Both the position numbers and the translations under genes were made by a program. The notes below the pieces were generated by a model. It was not told the origin of the DNA. It worked only from the letters and a program-made list of their open reading frames with translations, and ran no database searches. DNA of 64,000 nucleotides from Dehalococcoidia bacterium (lineage in GTDB: Bacteria > Chloroflexota > Dehalococcoidia > UBA2979): assembly GCA_965237865.1 (NCBI GenBank), contig OZ250164.1, positions 309,217 through 373,216 of the forward strand, read 5' to 3'. How positions within the stretch are numbered: the first letter of the stretch is position 1; each line of letters starts with the position of its first letter. This document shows, piece after piece, positions 9,553 to 18,887 of the stretch.

Positions 9553-11178
9553 ATGCTGCACAGCCTGATGAGCGACGACCACCCCCTCACGCTCGCCATG
9601 CTGTTCGAGCGCGCCGCGACGCAGTTCCCGGACAACGAGCTCGTCAGCCGCTTCCCCGACGGCCGCATCCACCGCTACCGCTACGCCGAATTCGCGCGCC
9701 GCACGCGCAAGCTTGCGAACGCCCTCGCCACGCTCGGCATCGAGCCCGGCGACCGGGTCGCGACGCTCTGCTGGAACGAGCATCGCCACCTGGAGCTCTA
9801 CTTCGCCGTGCCGATGAGCGGCGCCGTCGTGCACACGCTCAACGCGCGCCTGCACGCCGACGAGCTGACCTACATCGTCAACGACGCCGCGGACCGCGCG
9901 CTCTTCGTGCACAGCTCGCTGCTCGCCGCCTTCGAGGAGATCCGCGACCGCGTCTCCGTGGAGCACGTGATCGTGATCCCGGACGACGGCGAGACGCCCG
10001 AGGGGTACCGGGACTACGAGGAGCTGATCGCGGACGAGCCCGAGACGTTCGAGCCGCCGCCGCTGGACGAGCGGCAGGCCTCGGGGATGTGCCACACCTC
10101 GGGCACCACGGGCCGCCCCAAGGGCGTGCTCTACAGCCACCGCTCCACCTCATTGCTGGCGATGATGAGCTGCATGACGGACACCGTCGGCGTCCGCGAG
10201 CGCGACTCGATCCTGCCGGTGGTGCCGATGTACCACGCGAACGCCTGGGGCCTGCCCTACGCCGCGACGTACGCGGGCGCGAAGCAGGTCTTCCCCGGTC
10301 GCGACCTCAGCGCGGAGAGTTTGCTCCGCCTCTTCGCGGACGAGGGCGTCACCCTCACCGGCGGCGTGCCCACCGTCTTCCTCGACGTGCTGCGCATGCT
10401 CGACGAGCGGCCCGGCGAGTGGGACCTGTCCTCGATGCGCTCGATGCTGATCGGCGGATCGGCGGCGCCGCCCTCGCTGATCGAGGGCTTCGACCGCCAC
10501 GGGCTGCACGTCACGCACGCCTGGGGCATGACGGAGATGAACCCGCTCGGCAGCATCGCCAACCTCAAGCGCTCGCACGACGGGCTCGACGACGAAGGCA
10601 CGCTCGCCGTGCGTGCCCGCCAGGGCCACGCGCAGCCGCTGATCCAGTTCCGCCACGTCTCCGAGGACGGCACGGTGCAGCCCTGGGACGGCGAAGCGCT
10701 CGGCGAGTTGCAGGTGCGCGGGCCGACGATCGCGCGCGCCTACTACGGCGTCGAGCGCGCCGACGACTTCGCCGGCGACGGCTGGTTCCGCACGGGCGAC
10801 ATCGTGACGATCGACGAGCACGGCTCGATCCTGATCGCCGACCGCGCGCGCGACGTGGTGAAGTCCGGCGGCGAGTGGATCAGCAGCGTGGCGCTGGAGA
10901 ACGCGCTGATGGCGCATCCCGCCGTCGTCGAGGCCGCCGTCTTCGCGGCCGAGGACGAGCGCTGGGGCGAGCGCCCGCTGGCCGCCGTCGTCCACGCCCC
11001 GGACGTGAGCGCCAGCGACGAGGAGCTGCGCGCCTGGCTGGAGCCGCAGTTCCTGCGCTGGTGGCTCCCCGCCGGCTTCGTCGCCGTCGACGAAGTCCCG
11101 AAGACCTCGACCGGCAAGTTCGACAAGGCCGCGCTGCGCGAGCGCTACGGGCGGCGGCTGATCGAGGGCGCGGACTAG
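9553..11178 (+). CDS. AMP-dependent acyl-CoA synthetase / fatty-acid--CoA ligase
   Basis: 541 aa; MCHTSGTTGRPKGVLYSHRS (AMP-binding motif), GWFRTGD, and the terminal K in PKTSTGKFDK. Confidence 0.85.
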   Translation: MLHSLMSDDHPLTLAMLFERAATQFPDNELVSRFPDGRIHRYRYAEFARRTRKLANALATLGIEPGDRVATLCWNEHRHLELYFAVPMSGAVVHTLNARLHADELTYIVNDAADRALFVHSSLLAAFEEIRDRVSVEHVIVIPDDGETPEGYRDYEELIADEPETFEPPPLDERQASGMCHTSGTTGRPKGVLYSHRSTSLLAMMSCMTDTVGVRERDSILPVVPMYHANAWGLPYAATYAGAKQVFPGRDLSAESLLRLFADEGVTLTGGVPTVFLDVLRMLDERPGEWDLSSMRSMLIGGSAAPPSLIEGFDRHGLHVTHAWGMTEMNPLGSIANLKRSHDGLDDEGTLAVRARQGHAQPLIQFRHVSEDGTVQPWDGEALGELQVRGPTIARAYYGVERADDFAGDGWFRTGDIVTIDEHGSILIADRARDVVKSGGEWISSVALENALMAHPAVVEAAVFAAEDERWGERPLAAVVHAPDVSASDEELRAWLEPQFLRWWLPAGFVAVDEVPKTSTGKFDKAALRERYGRRLIEGAD

Positions 11179-11222
11179 GGCCGGCGGCCGGGGGGCGCCA
11201 CGGGGAGCCGGGCAGGAGCGAC

Positions 11223-11732
11223 GTGGAGACGAGAATCCTCGACTGGGACGACGTGCAGGGCCTGCTCGCGGGGTTGAGCGACCGCCTCGGTGAGGGCTCG
11301 GTGGTGTGGGGCGTGCCGCGCGGCGGCAGCCACGTCGCCTCGATGCTCAGCGTGCGCGGCGTCCGCGTCGCGCTCTCGCCCGTGGAGGCGACGGTCGCCG
11401 TCGACGACGTGATCGACACCGGCCGGACTGCCGAGCGCGTGCGCCTCCGCTACGGCATCGAGACGCTGGCGCTCGTCACGCGCCACGAGGGCGAGCTGTA
11501 CTACCTCTTCCCCTGGGAGCGCGCGGAGCTCGATAGCGGGTTGGACGCGGACGCCCGGGACCACGTCACGAGGCTGCTGCTGCTGCTCGGCGACGAGCCG
11601 CAGCGTGCGGAGTTGCAGCAGACGCCCGATCGCGTCGTCGAGTCGTGGAAGACGCTGTACGCGGGCTACCTCTCGGAGCCCGGCGAACTCAAGGCGTCGC
11701 TGAACTGGTTCAGCGACGCACCCCGGAGATGA
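11223..11732 (+). CDS. type-I phosphoribosyltransferase-like domain fused in frame to the N-terminal helix of GTP cyclohydrolase I; frame terminates at a C4-run frameshift
   Basis: GTG at 11223 follows GGAGCG. VVWGVPRGGSHVASML and VAVDDVIDTGRT give the PPi loop and PRPP-binding motif. This is followed without a stop by DARDHVTRLLLLLGDEPQRAELQQTPDRVVESWKTLYAGY, the FolE N-terminal helix. The frame stops at 11730-11732. Confidence 0.55.
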   Translation: METRILDWDDVQGLLAGLSDRLGEGSVVWGVPRGGSHVASMLSVRGVRVALSPVEATVAVDDVIDTGRTAERVRLRYGIETLALVTRHEGELYYLFPWERAELDSGLDADARDHVTRLLLLLGDEPQRAELQQTPDRVVESWKTLYAGYLSEPGELKASLNWFSDAPRR

Positions 11733-12121
11733 TCGTCGTGCGCGACATCTCCTTCCTCAGCAGCTGCGAGGAGCACCTGCTGCCCTTCTTCGGCACGGTC
11801 GGCGTGGCCTACCTGCCGAACGACCACGCCCTCGGCGAGAGCAAGCTGCACCAGATCGTCAGCGTCGTCAGCCGCAAGCTGCAGAGCCAGCAGCGCATGA
11901 CGCGCGAGATCGGCGAGGTCGTCTTCGACGCCGAGCGCACGCGCGGCGTCGCCGTGCACTCCCGTGCCACGCACCTCTGCTTCGCCGCGCTCGGCGCCGA
12001 GCGCGAGGGCGTGACCGTCGAGGAGACGTGGCTGTCCGGCGCCTTCGAGGCGGACCCGGGCACGCACTCGCGCTTCCTCGAAGCGCTGGGCGACGCCAGG
12101 GACGGCGTCAGTCCGGCCTGA
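11723..12121 (+). CDS. folE: GTP cyclohydrolase I (FolE) catalytic core, in a different frame from the N-terminal part (frameshifted gene)
   Basis: PEMIVVRDISFLSSCEEHLLPFFGTVGVAYLPNDHALGESKLHQIVSVVSRKLQSQQRMTREIGEVV...ATHLCF is the FolE core. Inserting one C into the C4 run at 11721-11724 restores a continuous FolE. The motif is CEEH where FolE normally has CEHH. Confidence 0.6.
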   Translation, partial: PEMIVVRDISFLSSCEEHLLPFFGTVGVAYLPNDHALGESKLHQIVSVVSRKLQSQQRMTREIGEVVFDAERTRGVAVHSRATHLCFAALGAEREGVTVEETWLSGAFEADPGTHSRFLEALGDARDGVSPA

Positions 12122-12130
12122 GCCGCGCTC

Positions 12131-13624
12131 CTACGCGAACCCGCGGCGCGCGAGGAAGCGCGGGTTGCTGATCCGCGTCGCGTCGAGCGCTCGGGTGCGC
12201 AGCCAGGCGGCGAGGGCGGCCTGCTCCGGGCCGGCGTCGTAGCGGCCCGCGCGGATGTCGCCAGCGAGGCGCGCCTCGGCGTCGCGCAGTGCGGCGCGCA
12301 CGTCCGCGTCGGCAGCAGCCGGTGCGCCCTCGATGGCGGCGAGGTCGGCAAGGGCGCGTCGTGCGGGCGCCTCGCCTGCTTCCAGTTCGCGCGCGGCGAT
12401 GCCCATCGCGTTGTCGGCCATGAGCAGCGCGTAGCGCTGCGCGCCCGGCACGTGCGGCGCGAGCTCGTCCATCAGCGCGCCGCGCGCGGCTTCGAGCAGC
12501 GCCGCGCCGTCGAGGGGATCGGATGCGGCTGACGCCACCGCGTCCGCCGGGGGCGAAGGCGTGGCGTCCGCGCCGCTGCCGTACTCGCCGCGCTCGCCCT
12601 CCTCGATCAGCGTCAGGATCTCTACTTCGATCTCGTCGACGATGCGGCCGGTCAGCGCCAGTTCCAGCGAGGGCTGGCGTCCGCTGCTGTGGCGCTCGCC
12701 CTGGTGGATGGCGATCACCGCCCAGCGCACGTGCGCCATCACCTCCCAGTAGTGGAGCGCCCTCGGCGGCAGCTCGCGCCCGTAGCCGCGCTCGAAGTCG
12801 GCGAGGTCGCCGAGGCCGCCGGCGCGGCGGTCGTAGCGGTTGAAGCGCCAGCAGCGGGCGCTGAACCAGCCGGCGTCATCGAGCGGATCGCCCCAGCGCG
12901 CGAACTCCCAGTCGAGGACCCCGTGCAGCCCGCCCTCGCCGACGAGGAAGTTGCCGGTCCGGTAGTCGCTGTGGACCAGCACCAGGCGGTCCGTCCGTGG
13001 CGCCTCGCGCTCCAGCCAGCGCAGGCCCCACTCCATGGCCGGCCGCGGCTTCGGGTGCGCGTCGAGGGCGGCTCGATACTCGGCGACGGCGGCGAGCGCC
13101 GGGCTCGGCTCGGGCGTGGGCAGCCACTCAAGGCCGGCCGTTCCCGGCTCCAGCGTCTGGATGCGCGCGAGCTCCGCGCCGAGCTGCTCGAGCAGCGCCG
13201 GACGCGGGCCGCCGAGCGTCTCGTCGCGCACAAGCAGATGCCCCGCCGCGACGCCCTCGACAAAGCGTGAGATGGAGAAGGCGCGTCCCAGCACGGAATC
13301 GTCGGCCTGCCAGAGCGGCTCCGGCACGGCGACGCCGGCCTCGAACGCCGCGCGCGCGATCGTGAACTCCTCGGCGACGCTGTGGCTCTCCTCCAGCCGC
13401 GCGTCGCCCTCGGCGCGCAGCACGATGGCGATCGGATCGCCACCGTGGGGGCCGCCCTCGAAGGCCACGTTGATGCGCCAGTGCTGGTGGATCGCGCCAC
13501 CCGTGAGCGGCGTCGTGTCGCCGATGCTCGCGCGCTCGGCTCCGGCGACCGCGGCGAGCCAGCCCGCGAGGGCGTCCCGCACCGCCTCGTCGCCGAGGTC
13601 CAGCGGCGCAGCGGCGGAGCTCAC
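12131..13624 (-). CDS. phosphotransferase-family protein (APH/choline-kinase fold, ACAD-associated) with C-terminal helical extension
   Basis: C-terminal 497 aa of the 731-aa track ORF; VLVHSDYRTGNFLVGEGGLHGVLDWEFARWGDP carries the HxDxxxxN and D motifs. GTG at 13622-13624 overlaps the ACAD stop by 4 nt. Confidence 0.75.
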   Translation of the reverse strand: MSSAAAPLDLGDEAVRDALAGWLAAVAGAERASIGDTTPLTGGAIHQHWRINVAFEGGPHGGDPIAIVLRAEGDARLEESHSVAEEFTIARAAFEAGVAVPEPLWQADDSVLGRAFSISRFVEGVAAGHLLVRDETLGGPRPALLEQLGAELARIQTLEPGTAGLEWLPTPEPSPALAAVAEYRAALDAHPKPRPAMEWGLRWLEREAPRTDRLVLVHSDYRTGNFLVGEGGLHGVLDWEFARWGDPLDDAGWFSARCWRFNRYDRRAGGLGDLADFERGYGRELPPRALHYWEVMAHVRWAVIAIHQGERHSSGRQPSLELALTGRIVDEIEVEILTLIEEGERGEYGSGADATPSPPADAVASAASDPLDGAALLEAARGALMDELAPHVPGAQRYALLMADNAMGIAARELEAGEAPARRALADLAAIEGAPAAADADVRAALRDAEARLAGDIRAGRYDAGPEQAALAAWLRTRALDATRISNPRFLARRGFA

Positions 13625-14817
13625 TGCCAGCTCCAGAAGTCGTGCTGCTCCTCCATGTAGAGCCGGGCGAGCACCATCTTGTGCACCTCGGATGCGCCGT
13701 CGACGAGCCGTGCCTGGCGGGCGTAGCGGTACATCCACTCCAGCGGCGTGTCCTTCGAGTAGCCGCGCGCGCCGCAGAGCTGGATCGCGGTGTCCACGGC
13801 GTTGTGCAGCGTCTCGGAGACGTGGATCTTGGCCATCGAGACGTCCTGGCGGGCGAAGTCGCCCTGGTCGAGACGCCAGGCCGCGCGCATCGTGAGCAGG
13901 CGGCCGACCTCGATCGCCATCGCGACCTCGCCGAGCATCCACTGCACGCCCTCGTGCTCGTGCAGCTTCTGCCCGAAGCTCTCGCGCTCGCGCACGTAGT
14001 CGGCGGCGATCGACATCGCGCGCTGCGCCATGCCGAGCCAGCGCATGCAGTGCGTGAGCCGCGCCGTGCCGAGGCGGATCTGCGTCGCCTTCAGGCCCTC
14101 GCCGACCTCCATCAGGCGCTGCTCGTCGGGGATCACGAGGTCGTCGAAGCGCAGCTCGCAGTGCCCGCCGTGCTCCTCGGGGCCCATGATCGGGATGCGC
14201 CGCTCGATCTCCCAGCCGGGCTCGGCGGCGTCGAAGAGGAAGGCCGTCAGGCCGCGGCGCTGGTCGTCGCCGGTGCGCGCGATCAGGATGAAGTGCTGCG
14301 CCTCGGCGCCGCCGGTGATGAACCACTTGCGCCCGTTGATGCGCCAGTGGTCGCCGTCCCGCTCGGCGGTGGTGAGCATCATCGAGGGGTCCGAGCCGGA
14401 GCCCGGCGCGGGCTCGGTCATGGCGAAGGCCGAGCGCACGCGGCCCTCGATGATCGGGTCGAGCCAGCGCTGCTTCTGCGCCTCGGTCCCGACGCGCTCA
14501 AGCAGGATCATGTTGCCGTCGTCGGGGGCGGCGCAGTTGAAGCTGACCGGCCCGAACAGCGAGCGGCCCATCTCCTCGTAGCAGGCCGCCATCCCCGCCA
14601 CGCCGAGGCCGAGGCCCCCGCGCTCGCGCGGCATCTGAGGCGCCCACATGCCCTGAGCCTTGACCTCCGCACGCAGTTCGCCGAGCAGGTCGAGGCGGAT
14701 GTTCTCGTGCTCGTCGAAGGAGTCCGGGTCGGCTTCCAGGGGGATGATGCGCGTCTGTGTGAAGTCGCGGATGCGCAGACGCAGTTCGTCTACCTCCGGC
14801 GAGAGCGTGAAGTCCAC
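13621..14817 (-). CDS. acyl-CoA dehydrogenase
   Basis: 398-aa C-terminal part of the 1093-aa track ORF, with ACAD hallmarks AFAMTEPAPGSGSDPSMM, the WRINGRKWFITGG region and GARGYSKDTPLEWMYRYAR. GTG at 14815-14817 follows AGGAGG at 7 nt spacing. Confidence 0.85.
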   Translation of the reverse strand: MDFTLSPEVDELRLRIRDFTQTRIIPLEADPDSFDEHENIRLDLLGELRAEVKAQGMWAPQMPRERGGLGLGVAGMAACYEEMGRSLFGPVSFNCAAPDDGNMILLERVGTEAQKQRWLDPIIEGRVRSAFAMTEPAPGSGSDPSMMLTTAERDGDHWRINGRKWFITGGAEAQHFILIARTGDDQRRGLTAFLFDAAEPGWEIERRIPIMGPEEHGGHCELRFDDLVIPDEQRLMEVGEGLKATQIRLGTARLTHCMRWLGMAQRAMSIAADYVRERESFGQKLHEHEGVQWMLGEVAMAIEVGRLLTMRAAWRLDQGDFARQDVSMAKIHVSETLHNAVDTAIQLCGARGYSKDTPLEWMYRYARQARLVDGASEVHKMVLARLYMEEQHDFWSWQ

Positions 14818-14940
14818 CGCCTGCCTCCTCGCGAACCCGTGCCGCCGCGAAGATAGCGCAGCCCGCCTGCCCGCGGTGCGGTCGCCCTCGGCAGGGCGGG
14901 GGCGCGAACGTACAATCGATGGTGCGCGAGGAAGCCGGCG

Positions 14941-16350
14941 ATGACGAACCCCTACCGCGAACTGCCCGCGATCGAGCGGCTGCTGGCGCACCCGCGCGTG
15001 GCCCCGCTCGCCGAGCGCCACGGCCACGACGCGATCGTGCGCGTCGCGCGCGAGGTGCTCGACGACTACCGCGCGGAGATCGAGCGCTCCGGCGCGCCGC
15101 CCGAGCAGCCCGCCGCCGAGGCGGTGGCCGATCGCGCCGCCAGCCTGGAGCCGAGCCTGCGCCGCGTCGTCAACGCGAGCGGCGTGATCATCCACACGAA
15201 CCTCGGACGCGCTCCGCTCTCGCAGGCGACGATCGCCGCGATGGCCGCCGCCTCCGAGGGCTACTCGAACATCGAGTTCGATCTCGACGCGGGGGAGCGC
15301 GGATCGCGCTTCAGCCACCTCGGCGGACTGCTGGCGAGCGTGAGCGGGGCCGAGGCGGGAATCGCGGTCAACAACAACGCCTCTGCGCTGCTGCTGGCGC
15401 TCTCGGCGCTCTGTACCGGCGGCGAGGTGGTGATCGCGCGCGGCCAGCTGGTCGAGATCGGCGGCGGCTTCCGCATCCCCGACGTGATGCGCCAGTCCGG
15501 CGCGACGCTCGTCGAGGTCGGCACGACGAACCGCACGTACCTGCGCGACTACGCGGAGGCGATCAGCGAGCGCACCGTGGCGCTGCTGCGCGTTCACGCC
15601 TCGAACTTCCGCGTCGTCGGCTTCACCGAGGAGACGCCGCTCCCGGCGCTGGCCTCGCTCGCGCGCGAGCGCGGGCTGTTGCTGCTCGACGACCTCGGGA
15701 GCGGGGCGCTGCTCGATCCCCGCGAGTACGGGCTGGCGGCGGAGCCGCTGGTGCGCGACTCGGTCGCCGCCGGCGTGGACGTGGCGCTGTTCTCCGGCGA
15801 CAAGCTGATCGGCGGGCCGCAGGCGGGTATCGCGGTCGGGCGCGAGCGCGCGATCGCAACGATGCAGCGCCACCCGCTCGCGCGAGCCGTGCGCATGGAC
15901 AAGGCCTCGATCGCCGGGCTGGCCGCCACCCTCGGCCACTACACCCGCGGCGAGGCCGTCGAGGAGATCCCGATCTGGCGCATGATCGCCGCCCCGCTCG
16001 ACGGGCTGCGGCGGCGCGCGCGCCGCTGGGTGCGCGCCTGCGCCGGCGACGCGGACGCCTCCGTCGACGTGGCGCGCTCGATGGTCGGGGGGGGCTCGCT
16101 GCCGGGCGAGGGCCTGGAGTCCGCGGTCTGCGCGATCGCCGCGCCGCCCGGCGGCGCCGACGCCTTCGCCGCCGCGCTGCGCCGCGCCGACCCGCCGATC
16201 GTCGCGCGCATCGAGCGCGGCGCGGTGCTGCTTGACCCGCGCACGGTCGCGCCCTCGGACGATCGCCACGTCGCCGACTCGCTGACCGCGCTCTGCGGCC
16301 CCGAGGAGGGCGCCGCCGACGGCAGCCCGGAGGATTCCACTGGACGATAA
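14941..16350 (+). CDS. selA: L-seryl-tRNA(Sec) selenium transferase
   Basis: 469 aa; VINASGVIIHTNLGRAPL, NNNASALLLAL and FSGDKLIGGPQAGI (PLP lysine) match the SelA family. Confidence 0.8.
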   Translation: MTNPYRELPAIERLLAHPRVAPLAERHGHDAIVRVAREVLDDYRAEIERSGAPPEQPAAEAVADRAASLEPSLRRVVNASGVIIHTNLGRAPLSQATIAAMAAASEGYSNIEFDLDAGERGSRFSHLGGLLASVSGAEAGIAVNNNASALLLALSALCTGGEVVIARGQLVEIGGGFRIPDVMRQSGATLVEVGTTNRTYLRDYAEAISERTVALLRVHASNFRVVGFTEETPLPALASLARERGLLLLDDLGSGALLDPREYGLAAEPLVRDSVAAGVDVALFSGDKLIGGPQAGIAVGRERAIATMQRHPLARAVRMDKASIAGLAATLGHYTRGEAVEEIPIWRMIAAPLDGLRRRARRWVRACAGDADASVDVARSMVGGGSLPGEGLESAVCAIAAPPGGADAFAAALRRADPPIVARIERGAVLLDPRTVAPSDDRHVADSLTALCGPEEGAADGSPEDSTGR

Positions 16351-18742
16351 GGCGCTCGCCGTCCTCGAGTTCCCGGCGATCCGGGAGCGGCTCGCGCGGG
16401 AGACCTCGTTCGCGGCCGGGCGCGAGCTGGCGCTGGCGCTGCGCCCCGTCGCCGACCGCGAGCGTGCGGTCCGGCGCCAGCGCGAGACCGCCGAGGCGGT
16501 GCGCCTGCGCACCCTGCGCGTCGACGTCGGGATGGGCGGCGTGCGCGACGTGCGGCCCTCGGCGCGCGCGGCGGGGCTTGGGCAGGTGCTCGCCGCCTCC
16601 GAGCTGCTGGAGATCGCGGAGCTCGCGAGGGCGTCGACGCGGCTGCGGCGCACCTTCGTGCGCACGCGGCAGGAGACGCCGCTGCTCTCCACGCGCGCCG
16701 CCGGACTCGCGGACCTCGAGGCGCTGCGCGAGCTAATCGCCACGGCGGTCGACGAGCGCGGCGAGGTGCGCGACTCGGCGAGCCGCGAGCTGGCGGCGAT
16801 CCGCCGCGAGCGCGACGCCGTGCACGGCCGCCTGCAGCAGCGCATGGAGGCGCTGCTGCGCTCCGCCTCACTGCGGCCCTCGCTGCAGGACCCGATCGTC
16901 ACGCTGCGCGACGGGCGCTACGTGCTGCCGGTGCGCGCCGAGGCCCGCAGCGCGGTGCCCGGCATCGTGCACGACAGCTCTGCCTCCGGCGCGACGATCT
17001 ACGTCGAGCCGCTCGCCGTGATCGAGCTCGGCAACCGCTGGCGCGAGCTGCAGGCGCAGGAGCGCCACGAGATCGAGCGCATCATGCGCACGCTCTCCGA
17101 GGCGGCCGGTGAGGCGGAGCACGAGCTCGTCGACGCCGTCGAGCGCCTCGCGCGACTCGACCTCGCGCTGGCGAAGGCGCGCCTCGCCGAGCAGATCGGC
17201 GCCGCCGACTTGACCGAGGCGGGGAACGACGCGCCCTGGCTCGTCGAGGCGCCCGCGGCGCTACGGCTGGTGGAAGCGCGGCACCCCCTGCTCGAGGGCG
17301 AGGTCGTCCCCGTCACCATCGAGGCCGGCGGCGAGACGCGCGCGCTGCTGATCACCGGGCCGAACACCGGCGGCAAGACCGTCGCACTGAAGACCGCGGG
17401 CCTGCTCTCGCTGATGGCCCTCGCCGGGCTGCCCGTCCCGGCCGACGAGGGCACCCGCATCCCCGTCTACGACGCCGTCTTCGCCGACATCGGCGACGAG
17501 CAGTCGATCGAGCAGTCGCTCTCGACGTTCTCGGGCCACGTGACGGCGATCATCGACATCCTCGAACGCGCCGGGCCGCGCTCGCTCGTGCTGCTCGACG
17601 AACTGGGCGCCGGCACCGACCCGACCGAGGGCGCCGCGCTGGCGATCGCGATCGTCGGGCGGCTCGTCGAGGCGGGCGCGACGCTGATCGCGACCACGCA
17701 CCACAGCGAGCTGAAGCTGTTCGCGCACCGCGAGGCGGGGGTCCTCAACGCATCCGTTGAGTTCGACGTGGAGACGCTCGCGCCCACCTACCGGCTGCGT
17801 ATCGGCGTGCCGGGCCAGTCCAACGCGCTCGCGATCGCCGAGCGGCTGGGCATGCCGGGCGCGATCGTCGAGGCCGCGCGCGAGGGCCTCTCGCACGGGC
17901 AGCGCGACCTCGAGGCGGTGCTCGGCGACCTGCGCACGCAGCTGAGCGCCGCCGAGGAGCGCGCCGCCCGCGCCGCCGCCGACCGCGACGCCGCCGAGGA
18001 GCTGCGCGGCGACCTCGAGCGGCAGCTCGCGACGCTGGCCGGCGAGAGCGAACGGCTGCGCGCCGAGTCGCGCGAGCGCGTGCGCGAGGAGGTCCGCGAC
18101 GCGGAGCGGATGCTGCAGCGCGCGCGCCGCGAGGTGGAGTCGGCGCGCCTCGAACAGGCGGCGGCCGACCTCGAGCGCGCGCGCGAGGCCGTCGCCGCGC
18201 TCGCGCCCGAACCGCCGCCCGCGCCGCCGCCCAGCGAAGACTCCCTCTCCCCGCGGGAGAGGGTTGGGGTGAGGGCTCCGCGCACGCTGCCGTCGCCGGA
18301 GCTGGGCTCGCGGGTCTGGCTGCGCGGCATCGGCTCACCGGGCGAGGCGCTGAGCGAGCCGGACGCGGCGGGCGAGTTCGAGGTGCAGCTCGGCGCGCTG
18401 CGCACCCGTGTGCGCCTCGCCCAGGTCGAGCGCATCGAGCAGCCGGACGGCGCGGTGATCGTGGCGGTGAGCACGCCGCCCGCGCCGAGCGCGCCCGAGC
18501 AGATCGAGATCCGCGGCCAGATCGTCGCCGAGGCGCTGCCCTCGGTGGAGGCCTTCCTCGACGACGCGGCGCGCGCCGGACGCGAGCGCGTGCGCATCAT
18601 CCACGGCAAGGGCACCGGCGCGCTGCGCCGCGCCGTGCGCGAGCTGCTCGCGCGCCACCCCCTGGTCACCGCCTATGAGAGCGGCACGCCCCAGGAAGGC
18701 GGCGAGGGCGTCACCGTCGCCCTCCTCGCCCACGTGCGGTAG
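16340..18742 (+). CDS. mutS2: endonuclease MutS2 (MutS domain plus C-terminal Smr)
   Basis: LITGPNTGGKTVALKTAGL (Walker A), DELGAGTDPTEGAALA, and a C-terminal Smr region (RIIHGKGTGALRRAVRELL). The N-terminus LDDKALAVLEFPAIRERL is conserved but lies upstream of the first canonical start (GTG 16499); CTG at 16340 with GGAGGA 6 nt upstream is the likely start. Confidence 0.85.
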   Translation: MDDKALAVLEFPAIRERLARETSFAAGRELALALRPVADRERAVRRQRETAEAVRLRTLRVDVGMGGVRDVRPSARAAGLGQVLAASELLEIAELARASTRLRRTFVRTRQETPLLSTRAAGLADLEALRELIATAVDERGEVRDSASRELAAIRRERDAVHGRLQQRMEALLRSASLRPSLQDPIVTLRDGRYVLPVRAEARSAVPGIVHDSSASGATIYVEPLAVIELGNRWRELQAQERHEIERIMRTLSEAAGEAEHELVDAVERLARLDLALAKARLAEQIGAADLTEAGNDAPWLVEAPAALRLVEARHPLLEGEVVPVTIEAGGETRALLITGPNTGGKTVALKTAGLLSLMALAGLPVPADEGTRIPVYDAVFADIGDEQSIEQSLSTFSGHVTAIIDILERAGPRSLVLLDELGAGTDPTEGAALAIAIVGRLVEAGATLIATTHHSELKLFAHREAGVLNASVEFDVETLAPTYRLRIGVPGQSNALAIAERLGMPGAIVEAAREGLSHGQRDLEAVLGDLRTQLSAAEERAARAAADRDAAEELRGDLERQLATLAGESERLRAESRERVREEVRDAERMLQRARREVESARLEQAAADLERAREAVAALAPEPPPAPPPSEDSLSPRERVGVRAPRTLPSPELGSRVWLRGIGSPGEALSEPDAAGEFEVQLGALRTRVRLAQVERIEQPDGAVIVAVSTPPAPSAPEQIEIRGQIVAEALPSVEAFLDDAARAGRERVRIIHGKGTGALRRAVRELLARHPLVTAYESGTPQEGGEGVTVALLAHVR

Positions 18743-18887
18743 GCAGCGCCGGATGCGCTGTCCGCCGGGTTGTACTGGGCGGACCCTGGTCATTGCGAAT
18801 GTGATATACCTGACGAGACCGCTTCGGCCGGGGGTGCCTGCGTCTCGCGCGGCGTTGGCGAGCGGTGGGCCGGGCCCGGTGAAACGC

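Noticed and set aside
16499-16501. GTG at 16499 as the mutS2 start (first canonical start in the ORF track)
   Set aside because: About 53 upstream in-frame codons encode the conserved MutS2 N-terminus (LEFPAIRERL...GRELALALRP) and are therefore most likely translated. The start was placed at the CTG/SD site instead, with the uncertainty flagged.
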